Below the pieces are notes generated by a model. The model did no database searches. It was given only the letters and a program-made list of their open reading frames with translations, and was not told where the DNA came from. Below are positions 53,586 through 62,575 of a stretch of DNA of 64,000 nucleotides, in pieces. The position numbers were made by a program, and so were the translations under genes. Every line of letters starts with the position of its first letter. The first letter of the stretch is position 1. Source of the stretch: a virus (lineage: Duplodnaviria > Caudoviricetes); the IMG/VR virus record IMGVR_UViG_3300047382_000771, positions 32,001 through 96,000 of that record; one strand, written 5' to 3'.

Positions 53586-56084
53586 TTACTGGCAACTTTC
53601 ACAGATTTCTCCATTTTTCATAGCCTCGATACTACAAGCAGAGGCTTCGGTTGTTTCCTTGGATTCCGTTTCAGACGAAGAGGGGGTGGATTTCTCAATT
53701 TTACTAGCAGCCCTATTCCTTAAATAGTAGGTTGTTTTTAAACCATCTTCCCATGACTTCATATATATATCATTAAGATACTTGAGAGATGTCCCTTTAT
53801 TATACAGATTAAAACTAATCGATTGATCGAACCACTTTTGCCTAGAAGCATTACATTCAATCAACTTGATCATATCCCTGTCGAAAGCTGTTTTATATTT
53901 TTCCTTAATACGATCAGGTATAGATCCATTGAGTAGAGATAAATCTCCATCGCAACTTTTAACTAAAGCTGCCATTTCGCTATTCCATAAACCTATGTCC
54001 TTCATGTCTTTAACGAAATGAGGGTTTGTGATGTAAAAATTCCCGCTCTTATTTTCGTAAACGAATAAAACAGAAAAGTTTGGCTCAATGCTTTGTTCTA
54101 CACCATTAATGTAACCTATTGTTGCGGTAGGCGCAATAGCCATGACATTGGAGTTTCTCATGCCAAATTCAGCGATGTGATCCCTGACAGTTTTCCAGTC
54201 ATCAAGAGATTCACCCTTGCCTTTTGGTGGGGATTTTCTCTCTTGGACTTGGTCGTTGTATTGGTATGTCTTGTTCCTGTATGCCATTAGATTATTGTAA
54301 GAATCTATAGGGAGTATGTTTTGACTCCACAGAGAACCTTCGTAAGTTTCATAAGAACCTCTTTCTTTTGCTAATTTAGAGCTAGCAAGAATAGCTTGTT
54401 TGCTAAAAAACTCAAAGAAAGAATCGTTCCATTTAACGGCTTCGTCGCTATCAATATTAATATTCATTACATGCAATACATCATGAATACCCATGACACC
54501 CAAGCCTATAGGCCTGTTCTTGAGATTGGAGTTACTAGACTCCTTTGTTGGGTAGAAATTAATATCAATAACATTATCTAACATTCTTACCGCTGTATGT
54601 ATTGATTCTTTTAATTTTTCGTAATCAAATACATAACTACTTTTACCATGAGTCATCTTTTCCTTGACATGATTGAGTAGATTAATAGAACCTAAATTAC
54701 AAACAGCAGTTTCTCCTATCTCTGTTTTTTCTCCTTTACTGTACTTTGAGGCTTTTGTGTGGAGAGTTATTTCTGTACAAAGATTACTACTATGAACTAC
54801 TCCTTCGTGCTGATTAGTATAACGTATGTTACAGGGATCCTTAAATGTACTCCATGGGTGAGAAGTTTCAAATAAAACCTTTAACATTTTTTTCCATAAC
54901 TCTTTTGCAGGGCTTACTCTGTAATTTTTAATTAAACCTTCCTCTGCTTTAGCGCATAGTTCATTGTATTTTTTATCAAATTCAGCCCCAAAGCAATCGT
55001 GTAAATCAGCTTCTGTTGGGTCAAAAAAGTACCAATCATCTTCGTTCTGTACTCTCCTCATGAACTCATCTGGAATCCAAGACGCAGTATTCATATCGTG
55101 ACAACGTAATCTGTCATCTCCAGTATTTCTTCTTAAGTTGAGGAAATCTTCGTAATCCAAATGCCAGGGCTCTAGATAAGCACAGCCTGCTCCAGGCCTT
55201 TTACCTCCCTGGTTAACTGCAACCAGAAGATCATTGTATATTTTTAACCAAGGTATTAAACCTCCAGATATACCATTCGTTCCTTTAATGTGAGAACCAG
55301 CAGAGCGAAACGGAGTGACATCAAAACCTAAACCTCCTGCAAATTTTGACTTGCGAGCTTCTTGCCAAGCCCCATCAAAAATTCCATCAATACTGTCGTC
55401 AAAGGTATTTAAATAACAAGAGCTAAGTTGAGAATGCGTGGTACCACTATTGAATAAAGTGGGTGTTGAGGACGTGTAAAGTTGTTGGCTTATCAGATTG
55501 TAAAACTCTATAGCTTTTTCGTTCTTATCTTTCTCGTTTAAGGCTAAACCCATGGCGACCCTCATGTAGAAAGACTGTGGAGCTTCCATCACTTTATTAT
55601 CAAGTCTTATAAAGTACCTGTCATACAAAATTTGTATGCCGAGATATTTTAAGTTCCTGTCTCTTCTAATAGAAATTGCTTCTGACAATTTAGAGAGATC
55701 GAAGTCGAGCAACTTACTATCTAACCTTTCTTCTTTTACTAATTTTTTAGTATTCTGAATAAAACTTTTCCTGTACTGGAGCTTGAACGCATCCGAATCC
55801 GCGCTTTCTTTAAATACTTCTTTATACAAAGTATTGAGTAATAATCCCGCTGCAGCGTAGGAATAGTTTGGTTCTTTCTCTATCTTTTCCCTTGCCGAAA
55901 AAATCAGAGCTTGGTCTATCTCTCTCGTAGTGATTTTATCAAATAGCTGAAGCTGTGCGTCTAGCACTATCTCGCTAGCTGATACATCTTCAATGCCTTC
56001 ACACGCTCTTTGGGCGCTGGCATTAATTTTCTCTACAGTAAAGTCTTCTAATCTTCCGTTTCTCTTCTTAACTTTTATATCCAT
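53586..56084 (-). CDS. nrdA: Ribonucleotide reductase alpha subunit (class I) with an N-terminal ATP cone
   Basis: VKKRNG ATP cone; TPTLFNSG; SSCYL; QGGKRPGA; SNLCTEI; APTA; KTTYYLR; C-terminal CESCQ. Confidence 0.96.
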   Translation of the reverse strand: MDIKVKKRNGRLEDFTVEKINASAQRACEGIEDVSASEIVLDAQLQLFDKITTREIDQALIFSAREKIEKEPNYSYAAAGLLLNTLYKEVFKESADSDAFKLQYRKSFIQNTKKLVKEERLDSKLLDFDLSKLSEAISIRRDRNLKYLGIQILYDRYFIRLDNKVMEAPQSFYMRVAMGLALNEKDKNEKAIEFYNLISQQLYTSSTPTLFNSGTTHSQLSSCYLNTFDDSIDGIFDGAWQEARKSKFAGGLGFDVTPFRSAGSHIKGTNGISGGLIPWLKIYNDLLVAVNQGGKRPGAGCAYLEPWHLDYEDFLNLRRNTGDDRLRCHDMNTASWIPDEFMRRVQNEDDWYFFDPTEADLHDCFGAEFDKKYNELCAKAEEGLIKNYRVSPAKELWKKMLKVLFETSHPWSTFKDPCNIRYTNQHEGVVHSSNLCTEITLHTKASKYSKGEKTEIGETAVCNLGSINLLNHVKEKMTHGKSSYVFDYEKLKESIHTAVRMLDNVIDINFYPTKESSNSNLKNRPIGLGVMGIHDVLHVMNINIDSDEAVKWNDSFFEFFSKQAILASSKLAKERGSYETYEGSLWSQNILPIDSYNNLMAYRNKTYQYNDQVQERKSPPKGKGESLDDWKTVRDHIAEFGMRNSNVMAIAPTATIGYINGVEQSIEPNFSVLFVYENKSGNFYITNPHFVKDMKDIGLWNSEMAALVKSCDGDLSLLNGSIPDRIKEKYKTAFDRDMIKLIECNASRQKWFDQSISFNLYNKGTSLKYLNDIYMKSWEDGLKTTYYLRNRAASKIEKSTPSSSETESKETTEASACSIEAMKNGEICESCQ

Positions 56085-56094
56085 GAAAGTAATT

Positions 56095-56099
56095 TACAC
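56095..56099 (-). promoter_or_regulatory. GTGTA motif, 10 nt upstream of the nrdA ATG
   Basis: tcGTGTAaattactttcATG. Confidence 0.7.
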
Positions 56100-56186
56100 G
56101 ATCTTGTGTGGGGTTTTAAAAAAATACAATTAAATTGTTATCTTTTATAGATTAGCACATTTTTATGTGTATGACAAGACTATAAT

Positions 56187-57218
56187 TCAAGAGTTGTTAA
56201 CAAAATCATTTTGGTACATCTTTTCTACTAATTTATTAAAGTCTGTTTTTCTTGTCCAACCTAACTCTGTTTCAGCCATAGAGGGGTCTCCGCAAAGCTT
56301 GTGTACTTCTGCTGGTCTATAAAAATTGGGGTCAACTTCGAAAAATAATTTACCGTCGAGGGTGAAGTATTTTTCATTAACACCTTCTCCTCTTGAGATA
56401 AATGGTATATCTGCGTAAGCGAGACTAAGGTTTAAGAATTCTCTGACAGAGTGCATCTCCCCGCTGGCTAGAATATAATTTTTTGGCGAATCTTGGTTTA
56501 ACATTAACCATACACCCTCCATAAAATCTTCTGCGTCACTCCAATCTCTTTTAGCTTCTATGTTGCCTAATTTAAGTAGGGGCAGTTCGTCTGCATTTGA
56601 GTTTATTGCTTTTTTAAGTTTAGCTATTGAGTGGGAGATCTTCCTGGTGACAAAATCTAAACCCCTCCTAGATCCCTCATGGTTGAAGAGCCAGCCTTGA
56701 ACGGCATATAAACCGTAAGATTCTTTATAAACTCTAACTATGTGCCTCGCTGCACATTTAGCTGCCCCGTAAGGAGATTGGGGGTTTAATGGATGAGACT
56801 CGTTTTGAGGTGTGTACTCTACATCTCCAAACTCTTCAGATGATCCAGCATTATAAAAATTACAATGTGGGGAAAACCTTCTTATGGACTCCAAGATATG
56901 CAGGACTGAGTTTGAGTCTGTCTCCCATGTTTGTATGGGGTAATCCCAGCTCCCAGCAACGAATGACTGTGCTGCAAAGTTAATAAAGTAATCTGGCTGT
57001 ATGTCAATAATAACATCCCTGATACTATGAGCATCGTTTAGGTCCATGTTTAGTAATTGAAATCTGGGCTCTTTCTCTAGATGGAGGATATTACCATGGT
57101 TTTTGACACTCAACCTTCTCGCTGTTCCGTATATCATGTGCTTAGTATTGGCTAGAAGGTAATCAACCATGTGGCTTCCGTCTTGACCTGTAACTCCTGT
57201 GACTATAATTTTTTTCAT
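56187..57218 (-). CDS. gmd: GDP-mannose 4,6-dehydratase
   Basis: TGVTGQDGS; NFAAQSFV; SSEEFG; SPYGAAK; LFNHE; FVTRKI; RDWSDAEDF. True start MKKII at 57218 (ATGA overlap). Confidence 0.95.
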   Translation of the reverse strand: MKKIIVTGVTGQDGSHMVDYLLANTKHMIYGTARRLSVKNHGNILHLEKEPRFQLLNMDLNDAHSIRDVIIDIQPDYFINFAAQSFVAGSWDYPIQTWETDSNSVLHILESIRRFSPHCNFYNAGSSEEFGDVEYTPQNESHPLNPQSPYGAAKCAARHIVRVYKESYGLYAVQGWLFNHEGSRRGLDFVTRKISHSIAKLKKAINSNADELPLLKLGNIEAKRDWSDAEDFMEGVWLMLNQDSPKNYILASGEMHSVREFLNLSLAYADIPFISRGEGVNEKYFTLDGKLFFEVDPNFYRPAEVHKLCGDPSMAETELGWTRKTDFNKLVEKMYQNDFVNNS

Positions 57219-58003
57219 AACATTTGTATCCATTCTTCGGGGATTATATCTCGATAACCAGGACCTTCTGGGCCAAACCATTTAGATGGTGCGATAATTT
57301 TCTTTTGTTTATTTTGGTTTAACCATGCAGCCCACCAGCTAAAACTACTATTTGCGATAATATTGTTTTCACAGCAACTCATGATTTTGAGGTCCTCTAG
57401 ATTGGAGTTACCTTCCATGAATATCATGTTCGGATATTTTAGTGAATTCTTGCACCATTGTATATCATCTGAGAATACGAATATATTACCACTTGGGTTA
57501 ATTTCTTCAAGGGCTTTATTATAATAATCAGCACTTAAATTTAAGTGGTATTTAGGAGCATTTAAATAATCCGTGCGTCTTATATGTATGGAGCAAGATC
57601 CAAGGAAGTCGAAGTTGGTAAACTTAGGGTTTTCTCCAAAATCTAATAAATTAATAATACCCTCTCTATGATGTTTGAAATATTTCTCCGATTGCCAGAA
57701 GCCGTCAAGCAATAGATTGCCATCAAGGGTGCTCAGATCTAGGTGATTGTAGAAATTTTCATCGCTAATTTTGTAAACTTTTTTGCTAAAAAAGTCATCC
57801 ATGATTTGGCCTTCGAATCTATCTATTTTTATTTTCTCAAAGTTTTGAAGGTCAAACGTCCTTGGAGTACAACCCTTGCAACCACCTCTAAAAAAAGAAT
57901 CATCTAGGTATAGGTCTAGTCCGTAATCTAAACTTAATGAATAACCGTAGGCCCATTGAAAGATTTGATTAGCTAGTCCACCTTGTATTTTGGATACTAT
58001 CAT
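57215..58003 (-). CDS. GT11 alpha-1,2-fucosyltransferase-like
   Basis: GGLANQIFQ; GFWQSEKYF; IHIRRTDY; FSDDI.WC; IIANSSFSWWAAWL. Start MIVSK at 58003 (ATGA overlap). Confidence 0.9.
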   Translation of the reverse strand: MIVSKIQGGLANQIFQWAYGYSLSLDYGLDLYLDDSFFRGGCKGCTPRTFDLQNFEKIKIDRFEGQIMDDFFSKKVYKISDENFYNHLDLSTLDGNLLLDGFWQSEKYFKHHREGIINLLDFGENPKFTNFDFLGSCSIHIRRTDYLNAPKYHLNLSADYYNKALEEINPSGNIFVFSDDIQWCKNSLKYPNMIFMEGNSNLEDLKIMSCCENNIIANSSFSWWAAWLNQNKQKKIIAPSKWFGPEGPGYRDIIPEEWIQML

Positions 58004-58602
58004 ATTTCCACATACCAATTATGGTGACTTAAGACATTAACACCCAGACCCTTAGAGTTGAAGAAACGGTCTACACATTGTGAAACATGAGGGAAGTTAG
58101 GGTGATTGTAATCGTGCCCTGAAAGTATGCCTCCTGACCTTATTTTCGGAAACCAATTTTCTATATCTTGCTTGACAAATTTTTCAAAATGATTCCCGTC
58201 TATGTATACGAAATCCAAAGACGCATCTTCGAATAGTTCGTAGCATTCATTGGATAATTTCCTAATAAGCTCGAATCTATCTCCGTAGAAAGACATTCTA
58301 CCCTTGACCATGAGGTGTAGATCATCTTGCTTCTCTTGTTCTAAATTCCTCGAATCCCCTTTGTATTCGGAATAATTTAAATAAGGATCTATGCCGTAAA
58401 GTTTTGTGATATTAGTTTTATCTAAAATACTAATAGAATGACCACCATAAGCTACACCAACCTCTACCCCGATCTCATAATTATTGTCATTAATTATATT
58501 GGGTATATCGTTATGCCACTCTTTCCATTCCGAAAGATTTTCAGAAGGATATTTTGCAGTATATTTAACTTCGATTTCTTTTTGTTGTTTTTTACTTATC
58601 AT
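58000..58602 (-). CDS. Class I SAM-dependent methyltransferase (Methyltransf_24-like)
   Basis: EVGVAYGGHS; GIDPY; LDFVYIDGNH; GGILSGHDY. Confidence 0.85.
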   Translation of the reverse strand: MISKKQQKEIEVKYTAKYPSENLSEWKEWHNDIPNIINDNNYEIGVEVGVAYGGHSISILDKTNITKLYGIDPYLNYSEYKGDSRNLEQEKQDDLHLMVKGRMSFYGDRFELIRKLSNECYELFEDASLDFVYIDGNHFEKFVKQDIENWFPKIRSGGILSGHDYNHPNFPHVSQCVDRFFNSKGLGVNVLSHHNWYVEI

Positions 58603-58608
58603 GAGAGG

Positions 58609-59340
58609 TTAAAACATAGACCTTAATTGGGCGGATATTTTCTGAGACTCAAAAGAGTTCTGGGTGTACCAACTGTCTTTAGAGGTTATGTCGTGATTAT
58701 ACTTTAGGCCTGGAACTATATTTAGCTTGAAGTTTTTTTCATTCCTAAAACATAAACATAACACATATAGCACATCAACACCGAGTGGGTTTATTGGGTT
58801 TTTACAAGATTCAATACAAGAGGTGTAAGTGTGTTTGTTGACTAGAAAATTGCCTGTATTAATTAAACACTGGTCAATTGAATCTTTGGAATAAATTAGA
58901 CCCCTGAAATCATCAATATCTAAAGTCCTGCCTGAGTAACGGGAATAATCGAGAGAGGGCGAATTACATTTAGCTAAGCTTGGTAGATAAAAAGTTTTAC
59001 TATCCAATTCACCTGGTAATGAATCTAAATAATCAGTACCGATAATATTGTCAGAGTCGAGTAGAACCACCCAATCATTTGAGGCAAGATCTATAGCTTT
59101 ATATTTATTTAGGAAGGCTCCTAGGTTTTCTGTATTCCTGTGTATTTTTAGCTTTTTAGATCCTATACATTGCACTTGGTCAGATAGGTCATTGAAAATA
59201 CTTGGCTTGGAGTGATCATCTAAAATAATAATTTCATCAACCCTGTCATCGTTTACAACGTTGTGGAAAGATCTAATTGTTTCACTAGACCTATTGTAGG
59301 ATGTGATAGCTAGGGTAATTTTATTTAACATATAATGCAT
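58609..59340 (-). CDS. GT2-family glycosyltransferase
   Basis: AITSYNR; EIIILDDHS; NLG; DWVVLLDSD. Confidence 0.82.
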   Translation of the reverse strand: MHYMLNKITLAITSYNRSSETIRSFHNVVNDDRVDEIIILDDHSKPSIFNDLSDQVQCIGSKKLKIHRNTENLGAFLNKYKAIDLASNDWVVLLDSDNIIGTDYLDSLPGELDSKTFYLPSLAKCNSPSLDYSRYSGRTLDIDDFRGLIYSKDSIDQCLINTGNFLVNKHTYTSCIESCKNPINPLGVDVLYVLCLCFRNEKNFKLNIVPGLKYNHDITSKDSWYTQNSFESQKISAQLRSMF

Positions 59341-59941
59341 CCCCCCATTCGTACTCTGTCATTTTAGTTTCCTTTCTGGAGAAACCAAACTGGCTTAGGT
59401 AGTAGTCAATTTCATCTATCAGTGCACAGTTTTTATATAAATGTGCGGTGTTGACTTCTGTATAAATAAGGTCTATTGAATTTATTAAATTACCCGCACC
59501 CTTGAGAGCTAAGAGTTCCGCCCCTTGGATATCTATATTTAAAAAGTTATAAGAACTTATGTCAATTGAGTTTTCTTTAATTAAAGAATCGAGACGCTTT
59601 GTCTTCACTTTTATCGTCTCAGTAACATGTATGTGTGGGTGATGTATAGTATGTTTGCCTAAATCAAGTATTGAGGAAGACTCCCCGTTGTTTGTTATAT
59701 GGAAATCTAACTCTTGGTTATCAGTATCTGTAATCGCATAATTAAAGACACACTCAGGGCTTGGTGTATTGTTTGTTTTGCAAATAGATTTGTATTTGGA
59801 AGGGTTAGCCTCAATCCATATGGTGTTTTCTAAACCATGAAGAAGGTAGTCATTCCTTTCCTCCATAAGGTGAGCACCTATATGTATAATACCTTTTGGA
59901 GTACCATACTTAGATACTATATCTTTGAATTTAATTAACAT
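59321..59941 (-). CDS. FkbM-family methyltransferase
   Basis: HIGAH; IEANP; LNIDIQGAELLALKG; IYTEVN; WGDALY. Confidence 0.88.
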   Translation of the reverse strand: MLIKFKDIVSKYGTPKGIIHIGAHLMEERNDYLLHGLENTIWIEANPSKYKSICKTNNTPSPECVFNYAITDTDNQELDFHITNNGESSSILDLGKHTIHHPHIHVTETIKVKTKRLDSLIKENSIDISSYNFLNIDIQGAELLALKGAGNLINSIDLIYTEVNTAHLYKNCALIDEIDYYLSQFGFSRKETKMTEYEWGDALYVK

Positions 59942-60591
59942 TATAAGATTTTACTTAGGTCGTGCTTCTTAGTATTGAAGTTACTTTCTGAATGAACTCT
60001 ATGAAAGACGAGGCTGATTGGTATATTATGGAAAAGGTAGCCTTTTTTCAATAGCTTTAACCAAAAGTCAAAATCCTCTATTCCATCTAAAGACTCATCC
60101 CAGCCCCCAATTTCAAGTGCGTGTTGTTTTTTGAACACCGCACTAGAATTTGCTGTCTGGTTATCTCCAGAAAGGGATTTGTTTTTTATTTTACTATGCT
60201 CCATAGATAAGTCTGGTTGACCGCATGGTTTATTGTTTTCATCTATGTAAGTTATGAAGGAGCCAATCACATCGAATTTATCAATGTACTTTACCTGCTC
60301 TTTTAGTTTATCTTGATGCCATAAATCGTCGTCATCTTGGATAGCACAAAAATCATAATTAGACTCTTTAATTAATTTATTAAGAGTTTTGGCTTTCCCC
60401 TTGTCGTTAGCATAATCAAAAACCCTAATCCTAGTATCACTAAATGAATTAACTAAATCTTTTGAGTTATCAGTCGTTCCGTTGAACCCTACTAATAATT
60501 CCCAGTCCGTGAAATTTTGATTTAATATAGATTCGATACTTGATTTTATATATTTTTCTCCATTATATGTCGCTAGTAGAATAGAAATCAT
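59941..60591 (-). CDS. GT2-family glycosyltransferase
   Basis: SILLATYNGEKYI..SI.SIL.Q; IQDDDD; EDFDFW. Confidence 0.88.
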   Translation of the reverse strand: MISILLATYNGEKYIKSSIESILNQNFTDWELLVGFNGTTDNSKDLVNSFSDTRIRVFDYANDKGKAKTLNKLIKESNYDFCAIQDDDDLWHQDKLKEQVKYIDKFDVIGSFITYIDENNKPCGQPDLSMEHSKIKNKSLSGDNQTANSSAVFKKQHALEIGGWDESLDGIEDFDFWLKLLKKGYLFHNIPISLVFHRVHSESNFNTKKHDLSKIL

Positions 60592-60593
60592 TA

Positions 60594-61286
60594 CTAAGTC
60601 CTTAGTTCTTTGTGGTTTTTGTCGAGGGCTATTAATCTTGGATGAAACGGAGGTTTAAGACTTTCTCCATAACAGTAACCTGGGTCTAGGATTTTGGTTG
60701 GAGGGTTATCTATCATGTATCTATTAAGGTGACTTTCGTCGTGCCAAATAGCTATGTATTTTTTAGTTAAATCTTTATTAATGTTGCTTGATATTCGATT
60801 GGCCATTCTTAGGTAGGCAGATGAGCTGCCGCCATTAAAACCCCCAGCAAAATACTCCATTGGTTCTGAATCAGATACAAATGCCGAAGAGTCTTTATTA
60901 GTCTCAGGTGTGCCGCGTGTACCGTAGTAACCAGGATGTTGTGTGGCTACTAAATGGCTTAATATTTCCTCACCGACATGATCTCTAAAAATCATATCAG
61001 CATCGCAATAAAATAAATAATCGAATTTAGATAGTTGTTCTTTATTTTTATCAAAAATGTGATACCTACCTAAAGTCATCCAGGGCCAAGGCTCATGCTT
61101 CGTTAAGATAAAGTTCACAACTCTATCAGTATTTTTTGTATCGCATATAGTATCAGTAAAAATACAATACTCTACATCTATATTGTTTTGTTTTAAAAAA
61201 TATTTGTCCGCACTATGTATTAGGGGTTGTATAAATTTTTGGTATTTATTTGTAGCAATAATTAATAAGCCAACCTTAACACCCAT
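60594..61286 (-). CDS. GT6 (ABO blood-group-like alpha-1,3-Gal/GalNAc transferase)
   Basis: IATNKY; IFTD; WPWMTLGR; YLFYCDAD; HPGYY; YFAGGFNGG; WHDESHLNRY. Confidence 0.9.
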   Translation of the reverse strand: MGVKVGLLIIATNKYQKFIQPLIHSADKYFLKQNNIDVEYCIFTDTICDTKNTDRVVNFILTKHEPWPWMTLGRYHIFDKNKEQLSKFDYLFYCDADMIFRDHVGEEILSHLVATQHPGYYGTRGTPETNKDSSAFVSDSEPMEYFAGGFNGGSSSAYLRMANRISSNINKDLTKKYIAIWHDESHLNRYMIDNPPTKILDPGYCYGESLKPPFHPRLIALDKNHKELRT

Positions 61287-61914
61287 AGTTAACCACCCTT
61301 CCTTCTATATCACTAAAATCATTAGCTTGCACCCCGCATCTTTTTAATAAATACCATTTATTTTCAATAGATTGAAAAGATTTCCAAGTTTGGTCTATAG
61401 CATGTAGGTTAGGGTCTTCTCCGTTTTTTAAGGCATCTATTGATGCTTGTATTTTAGGTACGATCTTTTCACAAAAAGAAAGCCTAATAACATACGCAGA
61501 TGTAGTTTGAACATTATCGGATTTTAAAACTAAGCCTGATGAATCGATAGGTTCGCCTTTGGTCACATCATTATAGGATAGTTGGCATATATTAAAGTCT
61601 GGGTAACGTTCTATGAAATAATTCCACCTAGAAAGTAATTCACTAGTTTCTATCACTGGTATAAAATCATCCTCTAGAACAATAATTGTTTTATAGTCTT
61701 TCTCTATAGCGTCTTTGTATATATTTAAGTGGGATTGAGCGCAACCCACACTACGTAGGGGTAGTGTGGGTTGCTTTGATGTATCTATGGCTGGATATCG
61801 AGTAAAAAATCCCTCCTTAAAATTAAAAAAAGGTAGAACTAATTTGAGGGTGTGGCGATTCCTGTCCTCCCTTTTGTCTAGGTTTAAATAATAACAGTGA
61901 TCAATTTCATTCAT
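61276..61914 (-). CDS. GT25 (Lex2B/LgtB-like beta-galactosyltransferase)
   Basis: YLNLDKREDR; AID; GCAQSH; IVLEDD; TSAYVI; ID. Confidence 0.85.
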   Translation of the reverse strand: MNEIDHCYYLNLDKREDRNRHTLKLVLPFFNFKEGFFTRYPAIDTSKQPTLPLRSVGCAQSHLNIYKDAIEKDYKTIIVLEDDFIPVIETSELLSRWNYFIERYPDFNICQLSYNDVTKGEPIDSSGLVLKSDNVQTTSAYVIRLSFCEKIVPKIQASIDALKNGEDPNLHAIDQTWKSFQSIENKWYLLKRCGVQANDFSDIEGRVVNYGC

Positions 61915-62575
61915 AATTACAAGCAATGCCTACGCACATATCTTCGCACCCTCCCATGAGATTTTTACAGTCTTCGAACAAATCTTTTTGTTTAATGATT
62001 TTACTTACATATCTTTTACTTAAACAGTATCCACCGCCAGCCCAGTAATGATCTGGGAGTCCACTTAGGGAGTGGTTTGATATGAATATTTCTGGTAGTA
62101 CAAATAGTTTTTTAGATGAAGCCCAGTTCCTGAAGCCTTCAATCGTGCTTCCAATTATGGGTGTGAACCCACCGTAATCTTCAAACATAGTTTCATCGTG
62201 AAAACATTTCTTGAAATTATCGAAAGAAAATAAAGGGCTTGTTTGATTGTGTAGATTGTCTATGATTCTGCAGTCTATTTTAAGCAAGAAGTCAAATTCA
62301 AATATAGTTGAACAACAAGATAGCATTTTGAATGTTTTAATCGATAGGTTATCGTAAGACTCCTCGGTATTTAACCTTAAAACTTTAGTACTTGCGTCAT
62401 AAAGGAAGTCATTTTTATCAAGGGATGGATCTGCATAATAAGAAATTATTGTTATATTATCTTTTGACTCGCAATACTTATACCAATCAGATTTCTTTAT
62501 TTTATCTACTGAGCCAATATCTTTCTCGCAAGAATTTATACATATTAGTATTTCACTTGTGGATAAAATAGACAT
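61907..62575 (-). CDS. GT31 (Galactosyl_T)-like glycosyltransferase, DxD motif degenerate
   Basis: ESYDNLSIKT; FDFLLKIDCR (usually KxDDD); YWAGGGYCLS; EDMCVG. Start site uncertain. Confidence 0.6.
   Translation of the reverse strand: MSILSTSEILICINSCEKDIGSVDKIKKSDWYKYCESKDNITIISYYADPSLDKNDFLYDASTKVLRLNTEESYDNLSIKTFKMLSCCSTIFEFDFLLKIDCRIIDNLHNQTSPLFSFDNFKKCFHDETMFEDYGGFTPIIGSTIEGFRNWASSKKLFVLPEIFISNHSLSGLPDHYWAGGGYCLSKRYVSKIIKQKDLFEDCKNLMGGCEDMCVGIACNYE

Noticed and set aside
57219-57281. 21-aa N-terminal extension of gmd, and a similar extension of GT11 to 58018
   Set aside because: The Rossmann motif begins at MKKIIVTG, and the shorter starts form ATGA overlaps with the upstream stops.
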